Shown: positions 9,864-19,088 of the stretch, piece after piece
Layout of the letters: every line of letters begins with the position of its first letter
How positions within the stretch are numbered: the stretch's first letter is position 1
Assembly: GCA_009917695.1 (NCBI GenBank)
Contig: JAACJG010000011.1
Location: forward strand, 92,997-156,996
Length of the DNA stretch: 64,000 nt
Origin: Candidatus Rifleibacterium amylolyticum
GTDB taxonomy: Bacteria > Muiribacteriota > Ozemobacteria > Ozemobacterales > Ozemobacteraceae
Reading direction: 5' to 3'
Notes under the pieces: generated by a model
Told to the model about the DNA's origin: nothing
The model's database searches: none
Seen by the model: only the letters and a program-made list of their open reading frames with translations
Translations under genes and position numbers: made by a program

Positions 9864-10765
9864 TGGATAAGAGATGGCCGTTCTTTACTGTCGATATCGA
9901 GCTGACGAATCTCTGCGAGCAGAACTGCCGTTTCTGCCCGCGTGAGAGGCTGACGCGGCCGGCCGGCTTTATCGACACGCAACTGCTGCAGAACATCATG
10001 CGCCAGCTCGCCGCAATCGGCTCACGCGTGACCTTTTGCGGTATGGGCAATCCTCTGCTGCACCCGCAATGGGCTGAGATATGCACTATCTGTCATGCCA
10101 GCGGAGTTAAGTATGGTCTGACGATTCAGGCCCCGGCTCTCACCGAAGCCAATGTTAATAAAATCTGCGAACTTGAACCGTCGTTTATCGAGGTTTCGTT
10201 GCTAAGTATTGATTCCGGGCACTTTGCCAGAATATACCCTGGCGAGAATTTTGCCAACTCTCTGAGTTTATTGAACCGGCTGGTTGCTGCGCGCGGTTCA
10301 TCGCGTGGAATCAGCATAACAGCAGTAAGAACCGCCGACGACCCGGCCGAACCGGCAGAGACTCTTGCCTTCTGGCAGCAGCAGGGATTGCCGGTCAGAA
10401 TACAGCAATGTCACTCGCGCGGTGGCAACCTGCACGGACAGGCAACGACAGAACCGCGCTGTATAGCCAGTTGTGTGCTCTTTGCAACGCACTCATTCAT
10501 CACCTGGCAGGGCATTCTGCTCGCCTGTTGCCACGATCTCACCGGCGCCACTGCTGTTGCCGATCTCAGGCAACTCTCGCTCGACCAGGCCGCCGCCGCT
10601 AAAATCGAAATTCTGCAAAAGCCAATGCCCTGGCCGATATGCGCGAACTGTGACGAGCCGGCGGCAATCCGCCCCCTCCCCGATCGCCCTTTCCCCGAAA
10701 CAGAAAAAGCGCGAAGCCGCTATTTAAAAAGACTCTGTGCGAAGCCGCAGGATCTCACGGATTGA
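9863..10765 (+). CDS. radical SAM protein with C-terminal Cys-rich (SPASM/twitch-like) auxiliary-cluster domain
   Basis: CEQNCRFC is a CX3CX2C motif and FCGMGNPLL is the glycine-rich SAM-binding motif. Several additional Cys residues cluster at the C-terminus. The gene start overlaps the stop of the upstream gene. Confidence 0.75.
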   Translation: MDKRWPFFTVDIELTNLCEQNCRFCPRERLTRPAGFIDTQLLQNIMRQLAAIGSRVTFCGMGNPLLHPQWAEICTICHASGVKYGLTIQAPALTEANVNKICELEPSFIEVSLLSIDSGHFARIYPGENFANSLSLLNRLVAARGSSRGISITAVRTADDPAEPAETLAFWQQQGLPVRIQQCHSRGGNLHGQATTEPRCIASCVLFATHSFITWQGILLACCHDLTGATAVADLRQLSLDQAAAAKIEILQKPMPWPICANCDEPAAIRPLPDRPFPETEKARSRYLKRLCAKPQDLTD

Positions 10766-10768
10766 GAT

Positions 10769-11641
10769 TTACTTCAGTTCGCCCAGCTCTTTTGCCATTT
10801 CTTCGAGCGCGCGGGTCAGTTCGATGCGATGCTCCTGATCGAGGGTTTTTGCCTCTTGGAGCACCCTGCTGGCTTCGTCATATGCTTTGCTGGCGGCCTC
10901 ACGATCCTTGAGCTTAAGCTGCAGACGACAGCGCAAAAAGCTGGTTTCGAGCTGGTAGTCGCTGCTCACTGAATCTAGCCAGCCAAGAGCCATTTCGTAG
11001 TTGCCCTGGCGCATGTGCATGTTCGCCAGCGCAAAGGCGGGTGCCGTGTCAGTCGGATCGACGGCCAGACACTCGCTCAGGGCCATTTCGGCTTCGAGAA
11101 AGCGTTCGAGCTTGCTGAGCACGGTGCCCTTGTTGAAAAGCGCTGAACGTCTGACATGCTCATTGTGGGCAAGCGTATGCGCCTGCTCGAAAGCGCTCAG
11201 AGCCTGCTCATTTTCATCAAGAGCCAGATACATGTTGCCGAGGGCAAGATATGCCTCGGGGAACTGTGCTTTGAGCTCAACAGCCTTGAGATGGGCGTTG
11301 ATTGCTTCAGCAAATTTGTTGTTGAAACCCAGCGCCAGACCGAAATTATACATGGCCTCAGGCGACTCTGGATTCTCAACGACGGCGCGGCCGAGAATAG
11401 CTTCGGCTTCGCCCGTTTCTCCGGCGGCGAGTAACCTGGCGCCTTCATTTACCAGCGCCAGCGAGCCAAGGCTGCCGGGGTCGATGGTTGCCGGAGCAGC
11501 CGGTGCAGCCTGGTCGGCGCGCGGTTTTGCCGGAACCGGCAGGATCTCTTGAGCATATAGCATAGGGCTGGCCGTAAGTCCGATACAGGCAACAGATGTA
11601 AGAAAAAGATTTCGAATCTGGCTTTTAGCGGTATTTTTCAT
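10769..11641 (-). CDS. secreted TPR-repeat protein
   Basis: A signal peptide is followed by repeated 34-aa TPR-like units (..EAYLALGNMYL.., ..AMYNFGLAL..). Confidence 0.65.
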   Translation of the reverse strand: MKNTAKSQIRNLFLTSVACIGLTASPMLYAQEILPVPAKPRADQAAPAAPATIDPGSLGSLALVNEGARLLAAGETGEAEAILGRAVVENPESPEAMYNFGLALGFNNKFAEAINAHLKAVELKAQFPEAYLALGNMYLALDENEQALSAFEQAHTLAHNEHVRRSALFNKGTVLSKLERFLEAEMALSECLAVDPTDTAPAFALANMHMRQGNYEMALGWLDSVSSDYQLETSFLRCRLQLKLKDREAASKAYDEASRVLQEAKTLDQEHRIELTRALEEMAKELGELK

Positions 11642-11655
11642 GGTTAAAGCCTGTT

Positions 11656-12858
11656 TCAGTTAAGTTTGCCGGTCACAGATGTGATTATTACTGGAGTCCC
11701 CACTTTAACAAGCGAGAAGAGCTCTTCGGCGTCGGCAGTGAACATGCGTACGCAGCCGGCCGAGGCTTTTGAACCGATCGATGACGGAGCCGAGGTTCCG
11801 TGCATTCCGATGCTGCCGCCCCAGCCCGCGCTCAGTCCCATCCAGCGGGTGCCAAGCGGATTGTTTGCTGCCCCACCCGGAATATTCTTGTATTGCGGAT
11901 TTACCGCTTTGTTGACTATGCTAAAAGCGCCTTGTGGAGTGCGCTTGTCACCGACCTTCTGCTTGTTGGCGCCGTCTGGGTTGGCACCATAGGCAATCGG
12001 GTAAATTCTTACGACCTTCCCGTTCGAATAAACGGTCGAGGTGAAATTGGCTTTGTTGATCACGATTTTGTCGATTACAGCGGGATTGCTGCGCACTTTC
12101 TTAACTTCGTCAGAGCCCTTGGCAAGCAGACTGTAGATGCCGTATTTTGCCCTGAATTCACGCAGAGCAGTCTGAGTGTCAGCATGGTTGAGGCCTTTTG
12201 TCGGCACCAGTTTAGTATAGGCATTGTAAGCAATCATGAAATCCTGTTGAGCATGTTCAACCAGTTTGGGTTCTGAGCGTTCAATCATCTTTTCGCCGCT
12301 GATCAAAGCGATCTGAATCCAGCCATCCTTTTCGCCAAGCACCGGAAAGGTTCTTCCGATAGTGCTTGTTGAAACGATAGAATGACTGGTTGAGGGCCCG
12401 GATCTGAGGTTAACTTTGTCGAGTATAACCATGGCAACCTTGCCGACCTGTACACACATGTCGTTGCGCAGCCATGCTGACGGCTGTTTGCTGTCATCGA
12501 CATCGGCAACCACCATGCTGATGTTGTGCCATCCGGACTGAGATTTGATTACCGGAAAACGGTCACCGCGGCGCACCTGATCAAGAATTTCATAGCTGAG
12601 TCCCGGGCCTGACCTGACGTTGACCGTTCCCTGGGTGATGCTCAGCTGGCCCTTATCGACAACGCCCATGTCACCACGCACCCAGCCAGTCGGCTTTGCT
12701 GCAGCGGTTGCCGCAGTAATATTGGTTCTGCTGCTTCCAGAAGTCGTCGCCGGAACATTATCGACCTCAAATATCGACTGCGCCGATGAAATGAATGGCA
12801 TAACCAGCAGGATGGCGAACATCAGCCAGCTCGCGGTTCTCATGAAATTCTTTCTCAT
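11656..12858 (-). CDS. L,D-transpeptidase with two bacterial SH3 (SH3b) domains
   Basis: It has a signal peptide and two SH3b-like segments (VNVRSGPGLSYEIL.., VNLRSGPSTSHSIV..). The C-terminal YkuD motif HGT..SAGCVRM carries the catalytic Cys. Confidence 0.75.
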   Translation of the reverse strand: MRKNFMRTASWLMFAILLVMPFISSAQSIFEVDNVPATTSGSSRTNITAATAAAKPTGWVRGDMGVVDKGQLSITQGTVNVRSGPGLSYEILDQVRRGDRFPVIKSQSGWHNISMVVADVDDSKQPSAWLRNDMCVQVGKVAMVILDKVNLRSGPSTSHSIVSTSTIGRTFPVLGEKDGWIQIALISGEKMIERSEPKLVEHAQQDFMIAYNAYTKLVPTKGLNHADTQTALREFRAKYGIYSLLAKGSDEVKKVRSNPAVIDKIVINKANFTSTVYSNGKVVRIYPIAYGANPDGANKQKVGDKRTPQGAFSIVNKAVNPQYKNIPGGAANNPLGTRWMGLSAGWGGSIGMHGTSAPSSIGSKASAGCVRMFTADAEELFSLVKVGTPVIITSVTGKLN

Positions 12859-12952
12859 TTTGTCCCTCCAGAGGGTAAATCCGATAACTATGATTATACG
12901 AAGAAAGCCAGATCAGGTCAATGTCGGGTCTGACGTTGTCTTCTGCTGGGAA

Positions 12953-13546
12953 TTAATCGTTGGAGATAATTCGGAGCAGCTGTTGGCGGAGTTTGCCAAT
13001 GTTCTTGCTTATGGCCTGTGGAAAGGGCAAAACGAATGCCTGCTCGGCTGTGTCGCTGACGAAGCGGATTACGGCGCCGTTTAGCCCCCTGCCCTGCATG
13101 GCTTCGGCGAAAAAGAAGCTTTCCATATCGACCAGGCTGGCGTTGTATTTTACGGCCAGCTGTGCGCGTTCGTCTCTGGTGCTTGCCGGCTGATCAACGG
13201 TTAAAATTGCTGCCGGCGGCAGGTCTGGCAGAGTCGGCAGCTCAAGCTGGCGGCCGACGTAAAAAAGCTTGTTGCAACAGAACAACTGACCGATCTGCAG
13301 TTCTGGCGCGAGCGCTCCGGCTGCGCCAAATAGGATTATGCGTCGATAGCTGGCCTGTGCCAGTTCGCGGTCTAGCAGCGCAAGCAAAGGAGCGCCGCCG
13401 GCGGCATTGGCAGTCGCCAGTCTGCCGCCTTTAAAAGACCAGCTAGCGGCGTCTGACTGCCGGCAATCTGGCAGGATAGCGGCCAGCAGCCTGGCTTCGG
13501 CTTTGAACGGCGCCAAAATGAGAGTCTGCGGGTCTGTAGGGCTCAT
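12953..13546 (-). CDS. PNP_UDP_1-family nucleosidase (MTA/SAH or 5'-deoxyadenosine nucleosidase / futalosine-hydrolase-like)
   Basis: A 197-aa protein. ..IILFGAAGALAPELQIGQL.., VDMESFF.., and AVIRFVSDTAEQ align with the E. coli MtnN blocks IINTGSAGGLAP, VEMEA, and VVRAISDVADQ. Its start overlaps the upstream gene by 4 nt. Confidence 0.65.
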   Translation of the reverse strand: MSPTDPQTLILAPFKAEARLLAAILPDCRQSDAASWSFKGGRLATANAAGGAPLLALLDRELAQASYRRIILFGAAGALAPELQIGQLFCCNKLFYVGRQLELPTLPDLPPAAILTVDQPASTRDERAQLAVKYNASLVDMESFFFAEAMQGRGLNGAVIRFVSDTAEQAFVLPFPQAISKNIGKLRQQLLRIISND

Positions 13547-14592
13547 TTCTGCAGACTCTGGTCAAGCATTTTTTTGAGGTCAGCGCTGCCGAAATCAGTG
13601 TTTTTGAGGCGTTCCCAGACTTCGGGGGTTTCCATGCACATGTAGACCGGCACGTCGGCAAAATATTTCTGCAGACCGGCGCGCGCAAAATTGTATATCT
13701 GCTCGCGGAAGGGTCTGAAATACCTGATCTTGCCGTCAGTCGAAGGGTAAAATTCTTCGGCGAGAATTCCGGTGTCGGGGTGATACTTTTCGACGTATTC
13801 CTGAAAGCCCTTCGGAAAGCGGAAAGTGCCCAGGGAAATCCAGTTGATCTTAAGTCCGTGCAGATATTCGTGCATGAGTTCGAATACTTCTGTGTAGAGG
13901 ATCTGCCAGTTCTGCAGCGGCAGAAGCGGGTCAAAATGAAACGCCAGCGCGCAGCCTTTTGCACGGGCAGCCGTTGCTGCTGCGTTCAGGCGCTCGCGCA
14001 GCGAGGCCGCGCCATGTTCGAGGCGGTCGATATATTCCTGCGGATTCAGCGAAAAGGCCAGAGTCACATGGCGTGCATCTTTTGCCTGCATTATTGCCGT
14101 TATATCAGCACTTTTGCTCTTAACTTCGAGTGTAAAATCGGGCATTCCGGCGGTCCATCCGATAATTGAGGCGTTGAGCGGAAAAATTCCTTCAAGCGCG
14201 AGCGGGTCGCCGAACTGACCGGTGCCAAGTCTGATTGGCCCGCTGATGCGTTCGCGCAGCTCGAGTATTTCGCGGCGGCAGTCATCCCAGTTCAGAAAAA
14301 GAGTTATGTCGCCGGCGCCGGTGTAGTTCTGAATTATGCAGTATTCGCACTCGAACGGGCAGCCCATCCCCCACTCCACTACCCAGTAACCGCAGCAGAC
14401 GCTGCCTTTCTGACCCGGGCAGGGTTTTACAAACGCCCCGCGATTGAGCGTGAGCAGCAGACCATCACCGGGATGCTGCTCGCCGCTGACTTCATGGCGC
14501 TTGTCAAATTCAATCTGGCTCTCGATCTGTTTCGCCAGCCGCAGATCCTTGACCCGCTCATCAACATAGAGGTTTCTGAAACAAAGAGTCAT
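13543..14592 (-). CDS. spore-photoproduct-lyase-family radical SAM enzyme (SplB-like, COG1533)
   Basis: GMGCPFECEYC aligns to the SPL cluster motif GCMGHCHYC (CX3CX2C), and the 349-aa size fits. The gene lies 2 nt downstream of the ParB-like gene. Confidence 0.7.
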   Translation of the reverse strand: MTLCFRNLYVDERVKDLRLAKQIESQIEFDKRHEVSGEQHPGDGLLLTLNRGAFVKPCPGQKGSVCCGYWVVEWGMGCPFECEYCIIQNYTGAGDITLFLNWDDCRREILELRERISGPIRLGTGQFGDPLALEGIFPLNASIIGWTAGMPDFTLEVKSKSADITAIMQAKDARHVTLAFSLNPQEYIDRLEHGAASLRERLNAAATAARAKGCALAFHFDPLLPLQNWQILYTEVFELMHEYLHGLKINWISLGTFRFPKGFQEYVEKYHPDTGILAEEFYPSTDGKIRYFRPFREQIYNFARAGLQKYFADVPVYMCMETPEVWERLKNTDFGSADLKKMLDQSLQK

Positions 14593-14594
14593 TG

Positions 14595-15425
14595 TTATAA
14601 CTCTTCTACAGCTGCGAAAATTGCATCGACAGCGGCCTGTGCTTCGGTCAGGCGGCCGCTGTGACGGCGGGTCAGATTGCAGGTCAGCTGCATGCCAGGT
14701 TTGGAGAAGGTTTCATCGATCTTTATGCTTATGCCCGGTGGCAGCGGGTTCTGTTCGAGCGCCCGCGCAAATTTGTCGAGCGCATCAGTTCTGCGAGGTT
14801 GCGCCAGACGCTGCAGGTTTTCGAGTGCTTCAGCAGCATTGCTGCCAGGCAGCTTCTCTGGTAGCACGTTCTTTCGCTGGGCCTGGCGCAGAAACATGGC
14901 GATGTTGCGCTTTTCTGAAACCGTACCGGGCATAGACAGCAGATCGCCGGCAAAGCGTTGCATGTCGTCGCCGAGGTGTCCAAGTTCGCGCCAGATGTTG
15001 AGCGGCAACTGCTGCTCAGGCGGGTTGCTCCGGTTTTTTGCATTTTCAGCAATGTATTTAAGAGCCAGCCGCAGTTGCGGCGAATCGGCGCAGCGTGCCA
15101 GCCTAAGGAAATCTGCCTGATCTTCAGAGTGGCAGTCCGAATAGGCGACCGCCAGTTCAGTTGCGCCCAGTTCGCGATGGCCGTTCAACTGTGCAAAGAG
15201 CTGTGCTGGTGATCCGGCAGCTTCAATGCAGGGTGCGCTGCTATGCCCGAGCAGTTTGAAAGCAGCCAGCCGGCGGTGCCCGTCGCAGACCCGGCTCTGG
15301 CTGACAACCAGAGGCTGCATAATGCCATTCTCACTGATGCTGCGAACAAGATTATCATCCGGTGCCGGCGTGATTTCGCCGAGCAGCGGCTTCAGATCGG
15401 TTATCTGCATTTCAATTATTTTCAT
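14595..15425 (-). CDS. ParB N-terminal (ParB/Srx-fold) domain protein
   Basis: The N-terminus ..ITDLKP..NLVRSISENGIMQPLVV..DGHRRLAAFKLLG carries the ParB GxRR box. It is followed by a helical C-terminal region of unknown function. Confidence 0.65.
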   Translation of the reverse strand: MKIIEMQITDLKPLLGEITPAPDDNLVRSISENGIMQPLVVSQSRVCDGHRRLAAFKLLGHSSAPCIEAAGSPAQLFAQLNGHRELGATELAVAYSDCHSEDQADFLRLARCADSPQLRLALKYIAENAKNRSNPPEQQLPLNIWRELGHLGDDMQRFAGDLLSMPGTVSEKRNIAMFLRQAQRKNVLPEKLPGSNAAEALENLQRLAQPRRTDALDKFARALEQNPLPPGISIKIDETFSKPGMQLTCNLTRRHSGRLTEAQAAVDAIFAAVEEL

Positions 15426-15516
15426 GATGCAGCATTGTAACGTATACTGGCATCGCCATCAAGCAGCATCAGAGAATTCATGGTATAACCCGCCCGCCGA
15501 AGGCAGACTATGTATG

Positions 15517-15633
15517 TTTTTGTAATCGCATCGAATCTGATTCGATCATAATCGAATTAGTTGTATGTATTTAAGTTTAATTCTTTTATACTCGAATTAA
15601 ATTTGATATACTTAAGATAATGCGATTACAAAA
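15517..15633. promoter_or_regulatory. AT-rich divergent control region bounded by a perfect 14-bp inverted repeat (ttttgtaatcgcat / atgcgattacaaaa)
   Basis: The arms lie at 15517-15530 and 15620-15633. An internal palindrome cgaatctgattcg and repeated tcgaatta motifs are present. The AT content is far above the flanking DNA, and the region sits between the divergent ParB-operon and ATPase starts. Confidence 0.5.
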
Positions 15634-15654
15634 GAAATAACTCGAGGAATCAGA

Positions 15655-16875
15655 ATGCTCAAAAATCGAACGATCTTCGAACAAAAACTGCTGCATCTGA
15701 TCGATACGCCAGTTATAAAAATAGTGACTGGCGTCAGAAGATGCGGGAAATCTTATCTTTTGAAACTTCTTGCCGGGCATCTGCAAAAACAGGGCGTAGC
15801 TCGCGACAGAATAATCAGCATCGACTTTGAATCTATTGCGAATCGTGAATTAACCGATTACCTGGCACTTTACGATCACATTATGAGACTTGCGGGGAAA
15901 GACAAGAAGCGTGTTTACATAATGATTGACGAGATCCAGGAAGTAAAAGACTGGGAAAAAGCCGCTCGTTCTCTCATGGTCGATCTCGATTGCGATCTTT
16001 ATCTGACCGGCTCGAACGCCCATCTGCTGGCTGGCGAACTGGCAACCCTGCTTGCCGGAAGATATATTGAGCTGTCTCTTCTGCCGCTGTCTTTCAAAGA
16101 GTATCTTGACTTCAATGAAGTTTCTCGAGGCGACAGAGCATCAGTCGAAGAAGCTTTTTACAATTTCATAAAATTTGGGGGATTCCCAGCCATGCACATG
16201 CTTCCTGATGACGAAGAAATCAGGGGGCAATATCTAAAAGGCATTTTTAATTCGGTTGTTCTTAAAGATGTAATACAACGCCACGATATTAGAGATTCAG
16301 AGCTTCTCGAACGTATTTTAATTTATCTGATGGAAAATATCGGCAATATCTTCAGCGCAAAAAAGTTTGCGGATTATCTCAAAAGTCAAGGGCGCAAGGT
16401 TTCTACAGACTCTGTCTATAATTATATCAGAGCTCTCGAAACCGCGCTGGTTATCTATACCGCCCGCCGTTACGATGTCAAAGGTAAAAAAGTTCTTGAA
16501 CGACTCGAAAAATATTATCTTGTCGATCTCGGCTTAAGAAACGCTGTATTGGGTAACAAAACAGCTGATATTTCGCAGGCTCTTGAAAATATTGTTTATC
16601 TTGAGCTGCTAAGGCGTGGCAACAACGTATATGTAGGTAAGGAAGGCGAACTCGAAGTCGATTTCATCGCCTGCAGCGGCAATCAGAGACATTACTATCA
16701 GGTCTCCTATCTGATCGAATCAGAGCAGACCAGGGAACGTGAGTTCCGGCCTTTGCGACTCATCTGCGACAACTTCCCCAAAACCGTTATTTCGCTTGAT
16801 AAATTCAAGTTATCTGATAGCGACGGGATTGAGCACATGAACCTGCTTGATTTTCTGCTGATAGATCAAAACTGA
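15655..16875 (+). CDS. AAA-family ATPase with DUF4143-type C-terminal domain
   Basis: It has a Walker A (GVRRCGKSYLL), a Walker B-like IMIDEIQ, and the typical ~400-aa architecture. Confidence 0.7.
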   Translation: MLKNRTIFEQKLLHLIDTPVIKIVTGVRRCGKSYLLKLLAGHLQKQGVARDRIISIDFESIANRELTDYLALYDHIMRLAGKDKKRVYIMIDEIQEVKDWEKAARSLMVDLDCDLYLTGSNAHLLAGELATLLAGRYIELSLLPLSFKEYLDFNEVSRGDRASVEEAFYNFIKFGGFPAMHMLPDDEEIRGQYLKGIFNSVVLKDVIQRHDIRDSELLERILIYLMENIGNIFSAKKFADYLKSQGRKVSTDSVYNYIRALETALVIYTARRYDVKGKKVLERLEKYYLVDLGLRNAVLGNKTADISQALENIVYLELLRRGNNVYVGKEGELEVDFIACSGNQRHYYQVSYLIESEQTREREFRPLRLICDNFPKTVISLDKFKLSDSDGIEHMNLLDFLLIDQN

Positions 16876-16991
16876 CAAAGCATTCTCTGTATGTACTGGC
16901 ATTTTTGTCGAAATTTCGAACGCGGCCTTTGAATTTTCAAGGAGATTTACCCGGTATCTTTGTGAACTGGCGGTTGTCGCATCTGTCGTTG

Positions 16992-18941
16992 TCAGCGGCG
17001 GCGTTTGAAGAGGTTGCCGAGGTCTTTGAGAAGATCTTTGGCGGGGTCTGATTTTTTGGGCGCGGTATCGGGGCTCGTAGGTTCTTTGCTGCGGGGCTTG
17101 AGAATATCCTGCAGGAGCTTTTGCCCCTGGCGTTTGAGGCCAAGTTCGAGAAGTTTTTCGGGCTTGAAGCCGGGGAAAACCGGCGCCAGCAATGTGCCTT
17201 CGACGCGGCTTGGAATGCTGGCAGTTTTGCCGTCGAGAGATATCTGCTGCAGGACACGGCTTTTCGCTACTGCCGCCGTCGCGAATGTGATGTTGAGGTT
17301 GCCCTTGAGGCTGGTGTCGAGACCGACATCGCCGCGGTAATCTGCCCGGCCGGCGGAACTCAGAAACGCCATATCATTGGTGGTCATCACACCCTGTCTG
17401 ATCACGAAAGTTCCGCTGGCTTCACTTATGTCGCCAGATGCGAATTCTTTGAGGTTGATGAGCGACAGAAAAGGCGTCACAACAGGCGGCGTGTTGTACC
17501 GACCGTTCTGCATACGCAGGCTGCCGGTGCCGTTCCAGGAAGCCAGAGTCTCGATGTCGCCGGTAGCTTTAAAAGTGCCACCGACCGGTCCGGTAATTAC
17601 CTGTTTCTGCGTGGTGTTGCTGTCGAGGAAAGATTCAGCGCGCAGTCCTCTTCCCTTTGCATTTACCTGCAGCTGAACCGGATGTTTGTCAGGAAAAATC
17701 TTGCCGCTGCCGCTGAGAGAACCGCCGAAAAGTTTTGCTTGAGCACTTTTGATTGTAAAGACATTGCCGCTATAGCTGAAACTGGTGCTGACATCGAGAA
17801 ACGGAAACAGATACGAACTGCGATTCGTCGAAGATACCGGCAGATCGAAATCGAATCGCGGGACTGACGCTGATCCTGTCAATGACAGTTTTTTCGGCGT
17901 GCTTTTGGCCTGGAGATTTATCGAGACTTTGTTCATGTCGATTTTGCGACTGGGTATTGCAAGCGCTGCATTGGTAATGCCAATATCAGCCGAAACAGAG
18001 CCGTCAGCCATCTGACCGGTCATCGCCAGTTGCGCTGAAAACTTTTTGATTTCAGGGCTGGCGTTGTAAAAAATCGACTCGATGTTCTTAAGATTGGCTT
18101 TGAATGAAAACTTCGTCGCTGCTGCCAGCGAAAATTTCAGTTCTGAATCAGCTTGTCCGCCGGCAAGGCGCAATCCGTCGATGTGCCCAGGCGCGACTAT
18201 TCCGATGATTGCCGCCAAGGTTTCGACAGACGATGTTTCTATTGTCGCTGTACCTGAAGCCTGCATCGGCTTGAGCGCATGCACTTTAATGTCAGCTTTG
18301 AACGGCAGTTTGCCTGCCAGATCATTTTTTTTTGCATCAGCCACTGCCAAACTGCCCTTGAAATCGATATTCAGCTCGCTGCGTGACTCTGAGCGCGCGG
18401 CGGTGGCTGAAGGGATCTGTAAGAGCACGGCTTTACCGCCCTTCTGTGCGATAATGCGCAACTCAAGCTTGCTGCCTGAGAGCTTATCAAATGGCAAATC
18501 CTCGATCGCCATTTCCAGCGAACCTGAAGCCGGCCGTGAAATGCTGCCCAGCACGGGCTTGCCTTTCGCATCAAGGGTCAGCGCAGCCTTGAGCGATTTT
18601 ACATTAACTTCTTTCATTACCAGATTGCCGCCGAGCAGGCTCATGAAATCGCAGGTGGCAGACAGCTCTTTAATTTGAGCTGAAGGTAGTTCAGGCCGCG
18701 CGGAATCGCCGATGCGGATTCCGGTCAGGGTTACCGTTGTGTAGCTGAGCTTGTAATCCTTCGCCGAAACTGGCACGCCGACGAGTTCAGATATCTTCTG
18801 CTCGAACTGCTCTTTAATACCTGGTGACGGCTGCTCTTCGCCCATCGCAAATTCACAGCAAACAAGCAAAAAGCAGATCAGCATGGTCTTTGCAACAACA
18901 GCTCTACGGGTCGAAAAAGATCTCAATCGATACCTGGTCAT
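16992..18941 (-). CDS. large secreted AsmA-like protein
   Basis: A 649-aa protein with an N-terminal hydrophobic anchor, a long beta-rich repetitive body and a basic C-terminal tail. Confidence 0.4.
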   Translation of the reverse strand: MTRYRLRSFSTRRAVVAKTMLICFLLVCCEFAMGEEQPSPGIKEQFEQKISELVGVPVSAKDYKLSYTTVTLTGIRIGDSARPELPSAQIKELSATCDFMSLLGGNLVMKEVNVKSLKAALTLDAKGKPVLGSISRPASGSLEMAIEDLPFDKLSGSKLELRIIAQKGGKAVLLQIPSATAARSESRSELNIDFKGSLAVADAKKNDLAGKLPFKADIKVHALKPMQASGTATIETSSVETLAAIIGIVAPGHIDGLRLAGGQADSELKFSLAAATKFSFKANLKNIESIFYNASPEIKKFSAQLAMTGQMADGSVSADIGITNAALAIPSRKIDMNKVSINLQAKSTPKKLSLTGSASVPRFDFDLPVSSTNRSSYLFPFLDVSTSFSYSGNVFTIKSAQAKLFGGSLSGSGKIFPDKHPVQLQVNAKGRGLRAESFLDSNTTQKQVITGPVGGTFKATGDIETLASWNGTGSLRMQNGRYNTPPVVTPFLSLINLKEFASGDISEASGTFVIRQGVMTTNDMAFLSSAGRADYRGDVGLDTSLKGNLNITFATAAVAKSRVLQQISLDGKTASIPSRVEGTLLAPVFPGFKPEKLLELGLKRQGQKLLQDILKPRSKEPTSPDTAPKKSDPAKDLLKDLGNLFKRRR

Positions 18942-19088
18942 AATGTTGCCTCACGATTCTCTATTTCTCTAAACATATTCATAGCTTACCCATAAAGCGA
19001 GATAAAAAAATCGCGGTGCAGATTTTGTTGCAGCAGGAGTATAATTGGCTGAGTTGTGAGGCTATCTATGAGGTCACGGGAGGAAAGC

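Noticed and set aside
11001-11552. Long antisense ORFs inside annotated genes (e.g. 11001-11552, 17121-17867, 35095-35724, 49787-50275, 58987-59664)
   Set aside because: They are typical GC-rich shadow ORFs opposite well-supported genes, with Arg/Ala/Ser-rich low-complexity translations and no RBS.
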